DNA of 64,000 bases from Mustelus asterias (Eukaryota), in contig NC_135807.1 in the NCBI RefSeq assembly GCF_964213995.1, positions 66,340,001 through 66,404,000 of the forward strand. Reading direction: 5' to 3'. Positions 48,850 through 61,460 of the stretch are shown here, in pieces (position 1 is the stretch's first letter; the number at the start of each line of letters is the position of its first letter). The notes beneath the pieces are model-generated. The model saw only the letters and a list, made by a program, of their open reading frames with translations. It was not told the DNA's origin and did no database searches. A program made the translations under genes and the position numbers.

Positions 48850-51510
48850 CTATTATTGCTGCATATGGATATAGACTGCTTCAGTAACTGAGGAGTTGTG
48901 AACGGTGCTGAATGACAATGTTAGAAATGCAAGTCCCTTTAAGAGTAAACCAGGAGAAGCATTGGAATGAATGGAGTGCAGGCGATGCTCGTTGAAGTCT
49001 GCACTCAAGAGATGGATTTTTCCCCAGAAAATGTTTGCTTCTCTCCAGAAGGGAAGAGTGGAATCTGGTATCAAAAACCAGTCGTGAATCACAGAATATC
49101 TTCTGCTAGCTGTTTTGGTAAATGAATATCCACTTGTGAAACATTGAACATTCTGCGATCATCAGCAAATATCCCCACTTCTGTCCTTAAGGTGAAAGGA
49201 AGGTCATTGAGAAGCAGCTGAAGATGGTTGGGTCTAAGACACTACCCTGAGGAACTCCTGCAATGATGCCCTGGAGCTGAGATGATTAATCTCCAACCAT
49301 CACAACCATCTTCCTTTGTACTAGGTGTGACTCTAACCAGCGGAGAGTTCTTCCCCTGATTTCCATTTACTCCAGTTTTGCTAGGGCTCCTTGATGCCAC
49401 ATTCAGTCAAAGGCAGCTTTGATATCAATGGCAGTCACTGTCACCTTATCCCTTGAGTTCAGCGCTTTTGTCCAAGTTTGGATCAAGGCTGTAGTGAGGT
49501 CAGGAGCTGAAATGTTCTGGCAGGATACAAACTGAGCATTAGTAAATAGGTTATTTCTGAGTAAGTGCAGCTTGATAGAACTGTTGGTGACCCCTTCTAT
49601 CATTTTTCTGATGGTTGAGAGTGGACTGATGGTCTAAGTGGCCAGGTTGGATTAGCCCTGTTTTCTTGTACAGGACATATCTGGACATGTTTCCACATTG
49701 CCACTGTTCTAGCTGTACTGGAACAGCTTGGCTAGGGGTGATGCAAGTTCTGGAGCACAAGTCTTCAGTACTATTGCTGGAATATTGTTAGGGCCCATAG
49801 CCTTTGTAGTATCCAGTGTCTTCAGCCATTTCTTGATATCACATGGACTGAATCGAATTGGCTGAAGACACACATCTGTAATGCTGGGGACTTCAGGAGA
49901 TGACTCAAATAGATCATCCACTCACATTTCCGGCTGAAGATCGTTGCAAATGTTTCATAATTGTCCTTTGCACTGATGTGCTATCTTCACCCATCATTGA
50001 GGATAGATATATTTATCGAACCTCCTCCTGCAGTTAGTTGATTAATTGTCCACTGCCATTCATTACTGGATGTGGCAGAACTTAGATATGGTCCATTTGT
50101 TGTAGGATCACTTAGCTCTATTGATCACATGCTCGTTCCACTTGCATGTAAGTAATCCTGTGTTGCAGCTTCACCAGGCTGACACTTCAGATTAGGTATG
50201 CCAGGTGTTGCTCCTGGCATGCCCTGCTGAACTCTTTGTGGAACCGGGGTTGATCCCCTGGCTTGGTAGTGATGGTAGAGTCAGGATATGCCCGACAATG
50301 AGGTTACAGATTGTGGTTGAGTATAATTCTGCTGCTGCTGATGGCCCACAGCACCTCCTAGTTTTGAGTTGCTTGATCTGTTTGAGGTCTATCTCATTTA
50401 GCATGGTAGTGCCACACAACGCGATGTGAAGATGTGACTTTGTCACAACAAAGGACTGTGCGATGGTCACTCCTACCAATACTGTCATGGCATCTGCAAC
50501 AGGTAGATTGGTGAGGACAAGGTCAAGTAGGTTTTTCCCTCTTGCCTGTTTTCTCAGCACCAGTTACAGACCCAGTCTGGCAGCTATGTCCCTTAATGAC
50601 TGACAGAGCAGGCTCAAAGGGCCGAATGGCCTACTTCTGCTTTTAGTTTCTATGTTTCTATGATTCAGCCAGCCCAGTATATAGTGGTGCTATAGAATCA
50701 CTCTTGATGATGGACATTGAAGTCCCCCAACCAGAGTACATTCTGTGCTCTTGCCACCCTCACTGCTTCCTCCAAGTAGTGTTCCACATGGAGGAGTACT
50801 GATTCATCAGCTGAGGGGAGAAGGGGTTGGTGGTTGGGGCAGTGGTGGGTGGTAACCAACCTTGACCACGTTTGACCTGATTCCATGGGGCCCAGAGTCA
50901 ATATGGAGGACTCCCAGAGTAACTCCATCTCGACTATATACCACTGTGCCATCACTTCGTGTAGATGGGACAGGACACATTCAGGATGGTGCTGCTGATG
51001 TCTGGGACTTTGTAAGGTATTATACAATGAGTAGGACTGTGTCTGGTTATTGTTTGACTACTCTGTGAACAGCTCTCCTAATTGTGGAGCAAGCCTGTAA
51101 GGAATTCTTTGAAGGACAAAGAGCTGGGTGTCTCATTATCATTTCTGGTGTCTGGGTCAATGCTCGGTGATCCACCTGGTTTAATTCCTTTGTGTCAGTT
51201 TCGTAGCAGTTTTAATACAATGAGTGACTCGGTAGGCCATTTCAGAGGGGAATAATAGTCAACCAAATTGCTGTGGATCTAGAGTCACATGTAGGCCAGA
51301 CTCGGTAAGGATGGCAGATTTCCTACCCTAAAGCGCATTAGGGAAGGAGATTGGTTTTTATGACAGAGGTTTCATAGCCTGTATTACCAAGACTAGCTTT
51401 TAATTCTTGACTTATTAATTGAATTTAAATGTGGTGGGATTTGAATCAGTGTCCACAGAGCCTGGCCCTCTGGATTATTAGTCCGGTGACATTATCACTA
51501 TATGTCCGCC
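48850..51510 (-). mobile_element. LINE-X with 5' tRNA-SINE-like leader (51215-51510)
   Basis: ORF remnants VLWLGDFNVHH, RGKNLLDLVLTN, KAMGPNNIPAIVLKTCAPELA and AIDIKAAFD. The 5' end is colinear with the family-B SINE head and body. Confidence 0.85.
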
Positions 51511-52047
51511 TTTCCATAATTATGAGGTATGTATTTTTAATTTGACACTGGTGTAATGATTTGTTTAGGTTAGATTGTACAGGACCACTGGCATTTTACT
51601 GATGGTGGGATGACATCCCCATTTTCCAGGGAGTCTGCCAGCTTCATGGAGGAGGCCTCCCTGCTGCAGCCTGAGGCATGCCATCAGAGTCACAGGCTCC
51701 TTGGTTCAGGAAAGGAGCTGTGGGCAGCAAAGGCAGCCCTGTGGCACCAACAACTTCCTGGAATCGATTTCCCCTCTGACCTTCGGCACCTGATCTTCTT
51801 TACATTTTGTTTTCTTATCTGCTGATACCCTGATCAGCTACCTGCCTCTGCAGTGCCCACCTCTCTGGGTGGCACTGCTGAGCCTTCACAGCTGCCAGGT
51901 TTCTGATTGGACCAGCAGCATCAGGAACATGCTCACTGTCCTTAACTGGATGGTGGCCTGGCAGGCTGACAACTGGGAGGCTGACTGCAGCAAAATGGCT
52001 GAACCAGTCGCACTGCCAGCAAGTGGGGGCTTGGAATCTGATTTTCA

Positions 52048-52345
52048 AATCCAAAGATGTGCGGTTTCGGTAGATTGGCCATGCTAAATTGACCCTTAGG
52101 GCAGAATTTCCCCGTCCCGCCCGGGAATTGTATTGGCAGGACACGGACCATGCAGAAGTCCGTTGATCTCAGGTGGGATTTTCCAGCCTTGGGGCGAGCA
52201 TGGCTGGAAAATCCTGACCTTTGTGTTAGGGGGTTTAACCGGGTAAATATTGGGGTTACAGGGATAGGGCCTGGGTGGGATTGTTGTCGGTGCAGGTGTG
52301 ATGGGCCGAATGGCCACCTTTTGCACTGTAGGGATTCTATGATTC
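52048..52345 (+). mobile_element. HE1 V-SINE 3' half with an inserted MITE (52099-52219)
   Basis: TCCAAAGATGTGCGG..GCTAAATTGACCCTTA, then the MITE, then the SINE resumes to GGGATTCTATGATTC. Confidence 0.88.
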
Positions 52346-53515
52346 TCCCCATGTCAGAGTCCTGAAGCCTCTTGGTAAAATTCAGCCCATAGAATACTCC
52401 ATTAACTTTTAGCTTTTAACTTTGGAAGGGGAATTCAAAAGCAGTAATATAAACCTCCCTCTATGCTGATCATCACAAACTTACTTTAGAAGACTAAAGA
52501 AAACATTGTTTAAATTCACTGAACAAGCACTTTACCTACATGATGAAAGATCAATGATACAGTTCAACCTGTTGTTTTAGTGTTGAGGGGCTGGTGACTG
52601 ATGTCATGTAATGTAAACACAACAGGGCAATGAGGGGAAATAAACCACTGTGAGTAAACCAGTACTCCTCCCAGAACCAGGAGAGCCACCGAGGGCAGGT
52701 CCGAGCTCAGGGCGGGTTTCCTGGTGCCGATGTCAGCGAGGTATCAGTGCACTGCAGCAAGGTCACTTTGAGGACACAATGTGGAGAGTCTCTGAGTCAT
52801 TTTCAAGTCAGTGAAGAAAGACAATAGAATGGAAATACGAGGTCTTAAATGTTCATTTAGTCGTGTCTGCCTCTCTGCTAAATAAACTGAAGCTGAACAC
52901 TTTGTGATGGCAAACCACACTCACTCAACCTAACCACTCGACTTTCTGAATCTAGTCAGAAAGTCAGCTCCCAATTTCAAACTTGGCAAATGAAAAGAAC
53001 TTTAAATCAAGGTATTACCATTGTTAAAAAAAAAGTTTGTTTTAAGCACGGAATGATTCTGAAATCTCAGGGTTAGAGAGGGACTAGATTTATTGATACT
53101 TTATTCATGCGTTCTATTTTTAGCACAATGATACATTTGTATGTGATACATTGACATAGCTGTCCAAATGCATTAGAATGAGCATTTTTCTCTTTGGGAA
53201 TGCTGTAATTACGAAGCACAGCAATTGCAATGGGGAAATATAGGAAGGATTTAGAAGATAGAAGAGAAATGGGAAAAATATATTTGGAGAGCATCTTGTT
53301 ACATCTCGAAGCATTTTACATACAATGACCTGGATTGTGGTCAGAATAATAGTGGAACTATCAGCACTCATTTTCCTAATGTAATGAATCTCACAGCAGC
53401 TTCCCCTGTTCGCACACAGGCAGTTAAACCTAGAAATCAGGAAGTAGCTGTATGATTTACTTTGTTCCTCTCTCTGTAAGCTTCACTTTTGGTACTGCGC
53501 TTAGAAACAAATGCA

Positions 53516-53836
53516 CATAGAATCATAGAAGCCTTACAGTCCAGAAGGAGGCCATTTGGCTCATCAAGTCTGCACCGACTCTCCAACAGAGTATCCCACC
53601 CAGGTCCTAACCGCCTAGCCCCACATATTTACCCCACTAATCCCCCTAACCTACATGTCTTGGTATGCACCTAACATGCACCTGTTTGTACTGTGGAAGG
53701 AAACCGGAGCAACTGGAGGAAACCCACGCAGACACGGGGAGAACATGCACACTCCACACAGACAGTCACCCAAGGCCGGAATCGAAAACTGTGTTCCTGG
53801 CGCTGTGAGGCAGCAGTGCTAACCACTGTGCCACCA
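53516..53836 (-). mobile_element. HE1 V-SINE
   Basis: Head, V-domain and (TTCTATGA)-type tail on the minus strand. Confidence 0.9.
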
Positions 53837-54019
53837 CATGATGGGTGTGAATCTGCAGAACTGTGATACACACTAAACACACCGTCATTTAAATATAACT
53901 TAATTTTAATGACTGTCTTAATTACTCTCAACCAAATTCGCAAGCAGTGAAAATTTACTTCGCTAAATTTAGAGACTTACTCTTTCTGAATTTAATTTTT
54001 GTTGGAAATTTACGATTTA

Positions 54020-54835
54020 TTTCTGCCTTGGTCTTTTGCCAGTTTCGGGCTTGCTGGTGTAATGCACAAATCTGCCAATTTATGATTTCCTCCTGACCTG
54101 GCCACCAGGGCCCGTGCCCTGTACTTAGAGATCTCCAGATGACCCTGGCGCTTCTGAATGCCATCCCTATGCGGAGAGGCTGGAATGAACAGCTGTTCAT
54201 CATTGACCAGGAGGTCATCTCTGACTGTGAAGTGGCTCTGCTATTTCGAACCACGTTAATGCAAAGGAGTTTCTCAGGACTGGCTGGCCTGGAATTCAAA
54301 AAAATTATCTCACCCTGTGAACTCTGCTTGTTGAAGCTGGATTTCCAAGGAAGATTCAATTGAGTCTTGTGCTGGGGTAAAACTTGTACCTTTTTGCTTC
54401 CAGGCTCTTCTCTCTCTGAAACTTTCACTTTCTGGTATGAATTTTCTCCATGTCTTTTGCTTCATTTGGGAGCTTGGTTCAGTTCAGAATCCATTGAAGG
54501 TGCCCTTCTTTTTAGTTCTTCTGCATTCTTGTGAGGATAAGAGTTTTTTATCTGGATGCTGCTAGCATGAAGAATCCTGCTTCAGACTTCATGAAGTATG
54601 CTTCATAGTCTTGAGTATAGTAAGAGCAAGTTTTTATTAACAACTCATTATGATATGCATATATACAGCAGTGGGTGCAAGTATGGAGTTGACTTCATCT
54701 TAGGCCCTTACACATGTCTGTCTACCTTTAGACTGACCCTGGCTTTGGGTCATGTGCCTTCTTAGATCACTGCGTGGGCAGTACTGTACCCACTGGTGGA
54801 GGAAGCTCAGAGAAGGAGGGATATCCCATACCACA
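54020..54835 (-). mobile_element. Gypsy/Ty3 LTR retrotransposon relic (LTR 54592-54835, PBS 54574-54591, integrase fragment)
   Basis: Hand translation HFTVRDDLLVNDEQLFIPA..QGHLEISKYRARA/WWPG matches the integrase zinc-binding region. The LTR runs TGTGGTATG..CATACTTCA with a TATA-like motif and AATAAA. The PBS matches TGGTGTCAGAAGTGGGAT at 13/18. Confidence 0.75.
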
Positions 54836-55752
54836 GTGGGAAGGAAGGATGTGGTGCCTGGAGTTTGGAGCCTACCCCATCTTTCTACTCTTCCTATTCC
54901 TCTATTCTGCAGTTGGAGCTGCACTGCCTGGTTACATCTCCTCCTCCTATTTACACCCCAGACCAAGGGGAACCCTTGGCAAATTTGCTTTGACTGTGCA
55001 CTTCTTTTGTCCTGGTGACTCTTATTAGATCTTTAGAAAGCACAGAACATACATTTTTAGGTAAAGTCTTCAGAGAATTTCTGAAATAAAAATTGATAGA
55101 GTGTAAGTGAAGTCTCCTGATGTGTTTCAGGAGACCTCTTCACATGCAATCTATTTTCAGCAGCAAATTAACACTGATAAGCTGAGTAAGGCTTTAAGTA
55201 GCATTAGAAATACTCAGCAACAATTTCTTTAGTCCTGTTCAGCTGGTCTTTATTAGGAGAAGTTGTTTGCTTAAATGGCATGCAACATAATGAACATGAA
55301 CAGGCAATTTAACGGTCAACGTCTACCTCACAGCTTTCTGCCTCTCTATCTCACTTTCTGCTTCCAGGAAACTCCTTAAAAGCTACCAGTTTGACTAAAC
55401 CTTTGGTCATCTGACCTGGCTTGGTGTCATACTTTGTTTTATAATACTCCTGTGAAGAACCTTAGGTGTTCCATTATATTAAAAACACTATGGGTGGGAT
55501 TTTCTGGTTGTGCCCGCCCAGAGATCGAAAATTCCCACCTGAAGTCAACAGACCTTTAAGCGATCCGCCAAATTTTCCATCCCACCCACTACAATTTTGC
55601 AGAGAAATACTGGGACAGAACTTTGTTATGATCATTTTTAAGCCAATTAATTTGTGATGTGTTTGGTATATATACCAGAACCAAAGGACTTGGATTCACC
55701 CCAAATTAAACCTCTGGTATTATCCCCACAATTGCACAAATTAATGATGAGC

Positions 55753-55790
55753 TGTTGGACTTTAACCTGGTGTTGTTAAACTTCTTACTG
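55753..55790 (+). mobile_element. Tiny PLE family-2 fragment
   Basis: CTGTTGGACTTTAACCTGGTGTTGTTAAACTTCTTACTGT matches 61259-61297. Confidence 0.8.
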
Positions 55791-56279
55791 TCTAGACTCA
55801 GCAGCCAGGGGAAACATTCTCTCCACATCTACCTTGTACGAATGTTGTAAATTTCAATGATATCACCTTTTATTCTTTGAAATTCTAGAGGATAGGCCCA
55901 GTCTCTTAATCTTTCCTCATAGGATGATCATACCAGCCCTGGGATTAGTCTTGTCAACCTCCATTGCACTTAATCTCTGGCAAGTATATCCTTCCTTAAA
56001 TAAGGAGACTAAAACTGCATGCAATACTTCAGGTGCAGTTTCACATGGAGATGCACATCGAGCATCTTGTGTCCTCACAGCAGCACTCATCCAAGCAAGT
56101 GGAAAGTATTCTATCACACTCTTAAGCTCCATTGAGCTGTCAATGGAATCTTTCTCAAAGCACTACACCTTGTTTGAGATCAAAGGGTTCCATTAGAATG
56201 GAGAAGTTATCAAAGAATTCAGGAAGCCTCAGAAACTTCAAACCAAAGCTGTGTGCATACATTTGGGATGAGTGTACAG

Positions 56280-57297
56280 CTCTGCAGAATGGAAATTCCC
56301 TCGCCCCCGCCCCCCCCAGGTGAAATTGGCTTTCTGTCAGAGGACTTCAAAGGGGTCTGTTCTCACCTGCAGTTTCTGACAGAGAGAAAGGAAAATCTCT
56401 GCTGCACAATAGAGTGCTGCAATGATTTAAAAACCTACCAGGTGACTGGAGGGCATGGAGATTAAAGTGACCCGGCCACTTTAGAATTTTCACAGCTGAC
56501 AGGCAGGAATGCAGATATTGATCGCAGGGCTGCCTGAAATCACCATGCCAGGGGGGATCTTCAGGTCTGCCCTGGCTAGAAGGGACAGTCCAGCCATGAC
56601 ACCCCCTCCCAACGGAGAGTGGTGAGGTCATCCTCTTGCCCCCAGCCTGAGCCCATCCAAACTCCAGGACCCTTGAGGGACAATTCCTCTGCAACCTGAC
56701 AGCAGCAGAGGGGCAAATGGCCTCTGGACCTACCATCTTCAGCCACCTCAAGGTCCACGATGCCAGGCCACGGTATGGGTGCCAGGGGGTAGTGCACTTC
56801 TGGCACTGCCAAGGTGCATGGCCTGAAGGGGGGATGAGTGGAGGGTCTGAGGGGTGGCTGTGAGTGATCTGAGTGGGAAGGGGGCTGAGGGGGTCAGGTT
56901 GGGTCACCCTCATGCCTGCATGGTTTGTGGGGGGAGTGACCTGTGATTTGACTGATGGGGGATGAGGGAGCATTGGTGGTGCTCCCTTGGACCCTCGTGG
57001 TCCAGCACACATGTCCTCACTTGTGGGTAGCAACTGTAAAGCCCACCCGGTGCCATTCCCACTAGCGGGCCAGGCGAACGGTAGGGGTTGCTGAATGTCC
57101 TGTCAAACCTGCTAATGACATTCAAATTAGGGGGATTGCATAACTATTGGGTTGCTGCCTTCCCTAGGTGAGAATCTGATTGGGTCGGTGGGGCGTCTGA
57201 ATCTGAGAGTTGGGAATCCTGATTTTTGGCCAACGCCCCATTCATCAGGGCAACAGGTTTCCTGCTGGCCGCGTGAGGAGGTTGGAGAATCGGGCCC
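56280..57297. mobile_element. GC-rich non-autonomous Harbinger-like element
   Basis: The right end GGAGAATCGGGCCC resembles the TIR of 15813-16750, and it carries the internal GGCACTGCCAAGGT motif. The left end is uncertain. Confidence 0.55.
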
Positions 57298-58399
57298 ATT
57301 ATTTATTGAAATAAAGAAATGGTACATATTGAATAAAGATTATACAACTGCCCAATTTGTAAGAACAATTTAAATGAATAGCTCATAAAATAGTGAAAAG
57401 TATCATTAGTAAAGAAAATAGAATTTTGTTAGCATTAAACCATACTGATAATAGGACGCCTACAATAATCCTGTCATCAACTATTTTATTGCTGAGGAGT
57501 TTAAAATAGCTCCCCCTGAATTCAGTGTGAATAAAATGTTGCTGCCCATATTTAAACAAAAAGTCATGAAGTCTGGAGTTGTGGCCAGATTTCCTCTGCA
57601 AGGTGAGGTGTGGCCTACACTAAGTGTATGGGACTGTATGAAGTGGACACACCTTGTGCAAGAGAGCTTAAAGCTGGAAAGCAGCCAAGGAGTCAGACGC
57701 CAGGCTCTATACTCTAGATGGTGGGAGAGGTCACTCAGCCTGGTTATACAATAGTATTATCTGAGGCCAACTACAGCAACAGAAATTCAGAATACTTCCT
57801 GTCCTCATGGCTGCAATACAAACTGTCCGGCTTTCAGGCTCATTCTGTCACATTGGCAACCAATAGGTCTCCACATAATGTCTGATGGTTGGGAAAGGAA
57901 AACATTTCTTACTTTCTTGGGAATTCCATGCTTAACCACGTGACTCTTGCAGAGTAAAATACTTTGGTGTAGATTTATTTCTCATAATTTGATTAAAAAA
58001 TAAACAATTCAAATTGATTTTTCTTATATTTCATTGGGGTATTAATTTAGACATGTGAAAATAATATTGTCGATAACCTTTTTTACAGTGATAATTTATC
58101 TGCTATTTTGTTTTAACTGTGAGAATAATCATTGTACATCAATTCAAATGACTAAAATCTTGATTTCATTGTAAGTATCCAGCATTCACATCCCAGGGCT
58201 GGTTGTTAAAAATTATGCTTTTATATTGTTTGGGTGGCCTCAAGACATTGAGGCAGTAATTGAGACCTGTAACCATTCTGTATTTCCCTCTCCTCCTTAG
58301 ATCTCTTCCTCTTAATGTTTTGAATGATGACTGAAGTCTTATAATTCCAACTGTTAAAAGGACGAGATCTCTGCACTGGGTTAATTGGGGGAGAAAAAG

Positions 58400-58607
58400 C
58401 ACACCTTGTCGGGGAAGAGTTTTCAGGAAAGTGTCTGATTTCAAGGAGAAATTAGATATAGCTCTTGGGACTAAAGGGATCAAGGGATATGGGAGGAAGG
58501 GGGATCAGGATATTGAATTAGATTATCAGCCATGATGAAAATGAATGGCAGAGAAGGCTTGAAGGGCCGAATGGCCTACTCCTGCTTCTAATTTCTATGT
58601 TTCTATG
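58400..58607 (+). mobile_element. CR1 LINE 3' end
   Basis: Tail GAAGGGCCGAATGGCCTACTCCTGC..(TTTCTATG)n. Confidence 0.85.
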
Positions 58608-58614
58608 TCTGCAG

Positions 58615-59455
58615 GCATGACCTAAAGCTTCCATTGGTCTGTTATTTTAATTCTCCACCTTGCTCCCTTTCTGACCTCTCTGTCCTCGACTTTCTAAACT
58701 ATTCCATGAAACTCAATTTAAACTCCCGATGCAGCACCTTATCTTTCAGAGAAATAATTTATCTTCTGTACTCAACATTGAGTTCAATAATTGCAGACCG
58801 TAAACCCTGCCTCCCTTTTGTTTCTTTTTCCTTTGTTGGTTTTTTTTCACTTTTGTTCTGATTTCAGACAATAGCTGTTCATCATTCTGCCAACTTCTCC
58901 TCATCTCGACCAATCTTTTGTTTCTTTACTTGTCTCACTACCACATTCTTTGGCCAGGAATTCTCAACCCCGCCACGGCAGGACTGCTGTGGGCAACGTG
59001 GTATGGGCCAGCCAAAAGTCCATTGACTTTCAGCAGGATTGGATGATCCGGGCGGTGGGCAGGGCAAAATATCCTGCCCGAAGAGTTCACACTCTGAATA
59101 TTTTTGTCACTCAATCTCTCATGTCAACCCTATTGCGGATCTTCCCTTTTGTACTTCCCACCCTCTTTCCTCACATACTTAAAACCTGTACATCTCTAAC
59201 TTTTCCCAGTTCTGATGAAATGTCATCAGCCTGAAAAGTTAACTCTGGCTGAAACTCTTCCGTCTCACCCACTGTGGGAATCGTAGCCAGAAAATTTGGC
59301 AGACCATTTAAAGGTCTGTCTATCTCGGGTGGGAATTTCTGGTCTTGGGGCGCATGTGGCCAGAGAATCCCACCCTCTATCTCTCTCCACGATTATTGCC
59401 AGACTTGCTGAATATTTCCAGCATTTCCGATTTCCAGCATCTGCACTATTTTGCT
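58615..59455 (+). mobile_element. Old PLE remnant with HHR (59208-59244) and two MITEs (58952-59079, 59247-59375)
   Basis: Decayed homology to 5915-6612 (CTCAACATTGAGTTCAATAA; TTTCCAGCATT). HHR reads AGTT-CTGATGA..GAAA-AG-TT-AACT. Confidence 0.7.
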
Positions 59456-59580
59456 GCTGGAAGAATGTTTGAATATCCCCCAGAGATTCAGAACCATAAG
59501 GGTAAATTAAAAATTGAATCTTAAGTCAAAACAATCTGATTCTGATTTAAGATGTCGAAGAGCATTTCTGTATACATTCA

Positions 59581-59769
59581 TCATAGAATCATAGAAACCC
59601 TACAGTACAGAAAGAGGCCATTCGGCCCATCGAGTCTGCACCGACCACAATCCCACCCAGGCCCTACCCCCATATCCCTACATATTTTACCCGCTAATCC
59701 ACGCATCCCAGGACACTAAAGGGCAATTTTTTAGCATGGCCAATCAACCTAACCCGCACATCTTTGGAC
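59581..59769 (-). mobile_element. HE1 V-SINE 3' half (young)
   Basis: Close reverse-complement match to 21390-21570. Confidence 0.92.
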
Positions 59770-60312
59770 ATTAGGGTTGGTAACTTTGATTGGAGCAATT
59801 CCTCAAAGGTTTAGCACACAATATTCTGACTATCTGATGTCTGAACGTTGTTACAATTACCTTATTGGAGTTCCTGTGGTTCAGTATCTTTGCTTGTGGT
59901 TTCAGGCCAGTGGTTGTTGTGAAATAATTTTTGAGAAGCAGAATGACACAGTGAGGAGGCAGCAAAGAAGGGAACCGAAGATAGGGGAAGGATTCATAGG
60001 GAGGAACTAGAGATAGGAGGAACTTGGATTCCAACAGTAACCAGTAACAGCTTATTGAAACTCGCACCTATAGTTTATAGTAATACTGTTAACACTCAGA
60101 TTCCCTTCATAATTAACACCAATGACTCACTGACAATCTACATGGAATTGGTGGTAATAGGTGTAATCTCCTACCAGTAACTACCAGCTATCTTGTAAGC
60201 TGCTGATATTCACCCTATAATTAGACAAAATCCTTCTGCATTATAATAGGTGTGCCCAGCCTCCCCATTCAATACCACTTTTAACAGGCCTGATCTCCTT
60301 CCTAATCTCCTT

Positions 60313-60438
60313 GGGGTGGAATTTTATGACCCCGTCGCAGTGGGGGCGGAGCCAGAAAATGCGGCAGCCATTCGAAAGTCCATTCACTTTGGGAGGACTG
60401 AAAAATTTCACCGGCGGGGGGGGCCGTAAAATTCCGCC
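60313..60438. mobile_element. ~130-bp MITE
   Basis: TIRs GGGGTGGAATTTTA / TAAAATTCCGCC and a central GTCCATT motif. Confidence 0.8.
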
Positions 60439-61072
60439 ATGGACTTTGGTTTGGAATGAAAGTCTTGCTCAGAGCAGCTTTGTGCTTAGACTTCACTTGT
60501 CAAAATTGACCAGCACGGACTGATCTGAACCAAACTGAAAGCTCTTACAATTGGGCTCAGTGTTGGGGCATTTTTCATAGAGTACATCATCTTAAATTCA
60601 GCATTAACATTTATAAACCACTTCCTCCTGGACTCAATAAAGGAGAATCTTTCATCAAAGAATAGAAATTACAGCAGAAGAGAAGGCCATGCAGCCCACT
60701 TTGCCTACGAGAGCGCTGGTGCTCCCATATCCTTCCCCACCCCAGATCCTTGTATATTCCTCCTTTTAAAATACTTATTCCATTCATTTAGAAAATATGC
60801 TTTTGTTGCAACTTCAATGTCTAACTGTTCTCACGGCAAACCCTTCTTCTGTTTTGGTTCTTCCAGTGAAGCTCCTGAGTCTCAATCACCTTGGCCCTCT
60901 TTCACCCATCAGTGGAAATAATCTTTCACTGTTTTCCTCGAAAGACTTTACCAGTTGCTCCTACCTCAGCGCTGCTCCTTTCAGTTATCCTGGCTCTACA
61001 AAAGACTGGTCTCTGAACACACCCCACCTTATTCTCTTCTCTCTCTCTGTTCCTCTGCCTGAATCCCAATCT

Positions 61073-61297
61073 CACGCAAAACTCACGTTGTTTTGTTTCT
61101 TAAAGACTTGATTAGTTGTAAGTATTCGCATTCCAACCATTATTCATGTAAATTGAGTTTGTGTCTTTATATGCTCTGTTTGTGAACAGAATTCCCACTC
61201 ACCTGAAGAAGGGGCTTGGAGCTCCGAAAGCTTGTGTGGCTTTTGCTACCAAATAAACCTGTTGGACTTTAACCTGGTGTTGTTAAACTTCTGACTG
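61073..61297 (+). mobile_element. PLE family-2 pLTR segment
   Basis: 13-bp TSD TGAATCCCAATCT at 61060-61072 and 61298-61310. Contains a TATA-like TTTATAT and an HHR. Confidence 0.88.
61200..61236 (+). ncRNA. Minimal hammerhead ribozyme with intact core
   Basis: CAC-CTGAAGA-A-GGGGC-TTGGA-GCTCC-GAAA-GC-TT-GTG, with a palindromic AGCT loop III. Predicted cleavage at 61233/61234. Confidence 0.82.
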
Positions 61298-61335
61298 TGA
61301 ATCCCAATCTGCCAGTCCCTCATTCCAGTCTCTCT

Positions 61336-61460
61336 GGCAGGAATTTTACCGCCTTGTCCGCCCCAGAATCGCAGCGGGTGAGGCTTGCAGAACAGCATTC
61401 TCCGTTGGCCTTGGGCGGGATCTTACGAGCCTTGGGCAGGTGAGGTGGTAAAACTCTGGT
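61336..61460. mobile_element. ~130-bp MITE
   Basis: GGCAGGAATTTTACC / GGTAAAACTC ends; homologous to 46024-46149. Confidence 0.75.

Noticed and set aside
52647-52653. CACTGTG/CACAGTG heptamer (V(D)J recombination signal)
   Set aside because: There is no nonamer at 12- or 23-nt spacing and no V or J segment nearby.
53955-54428. 157-aa minus-strand ORF as a host gene
   Set aside because: It is explained by frameshifted Gypsy pol sequence.
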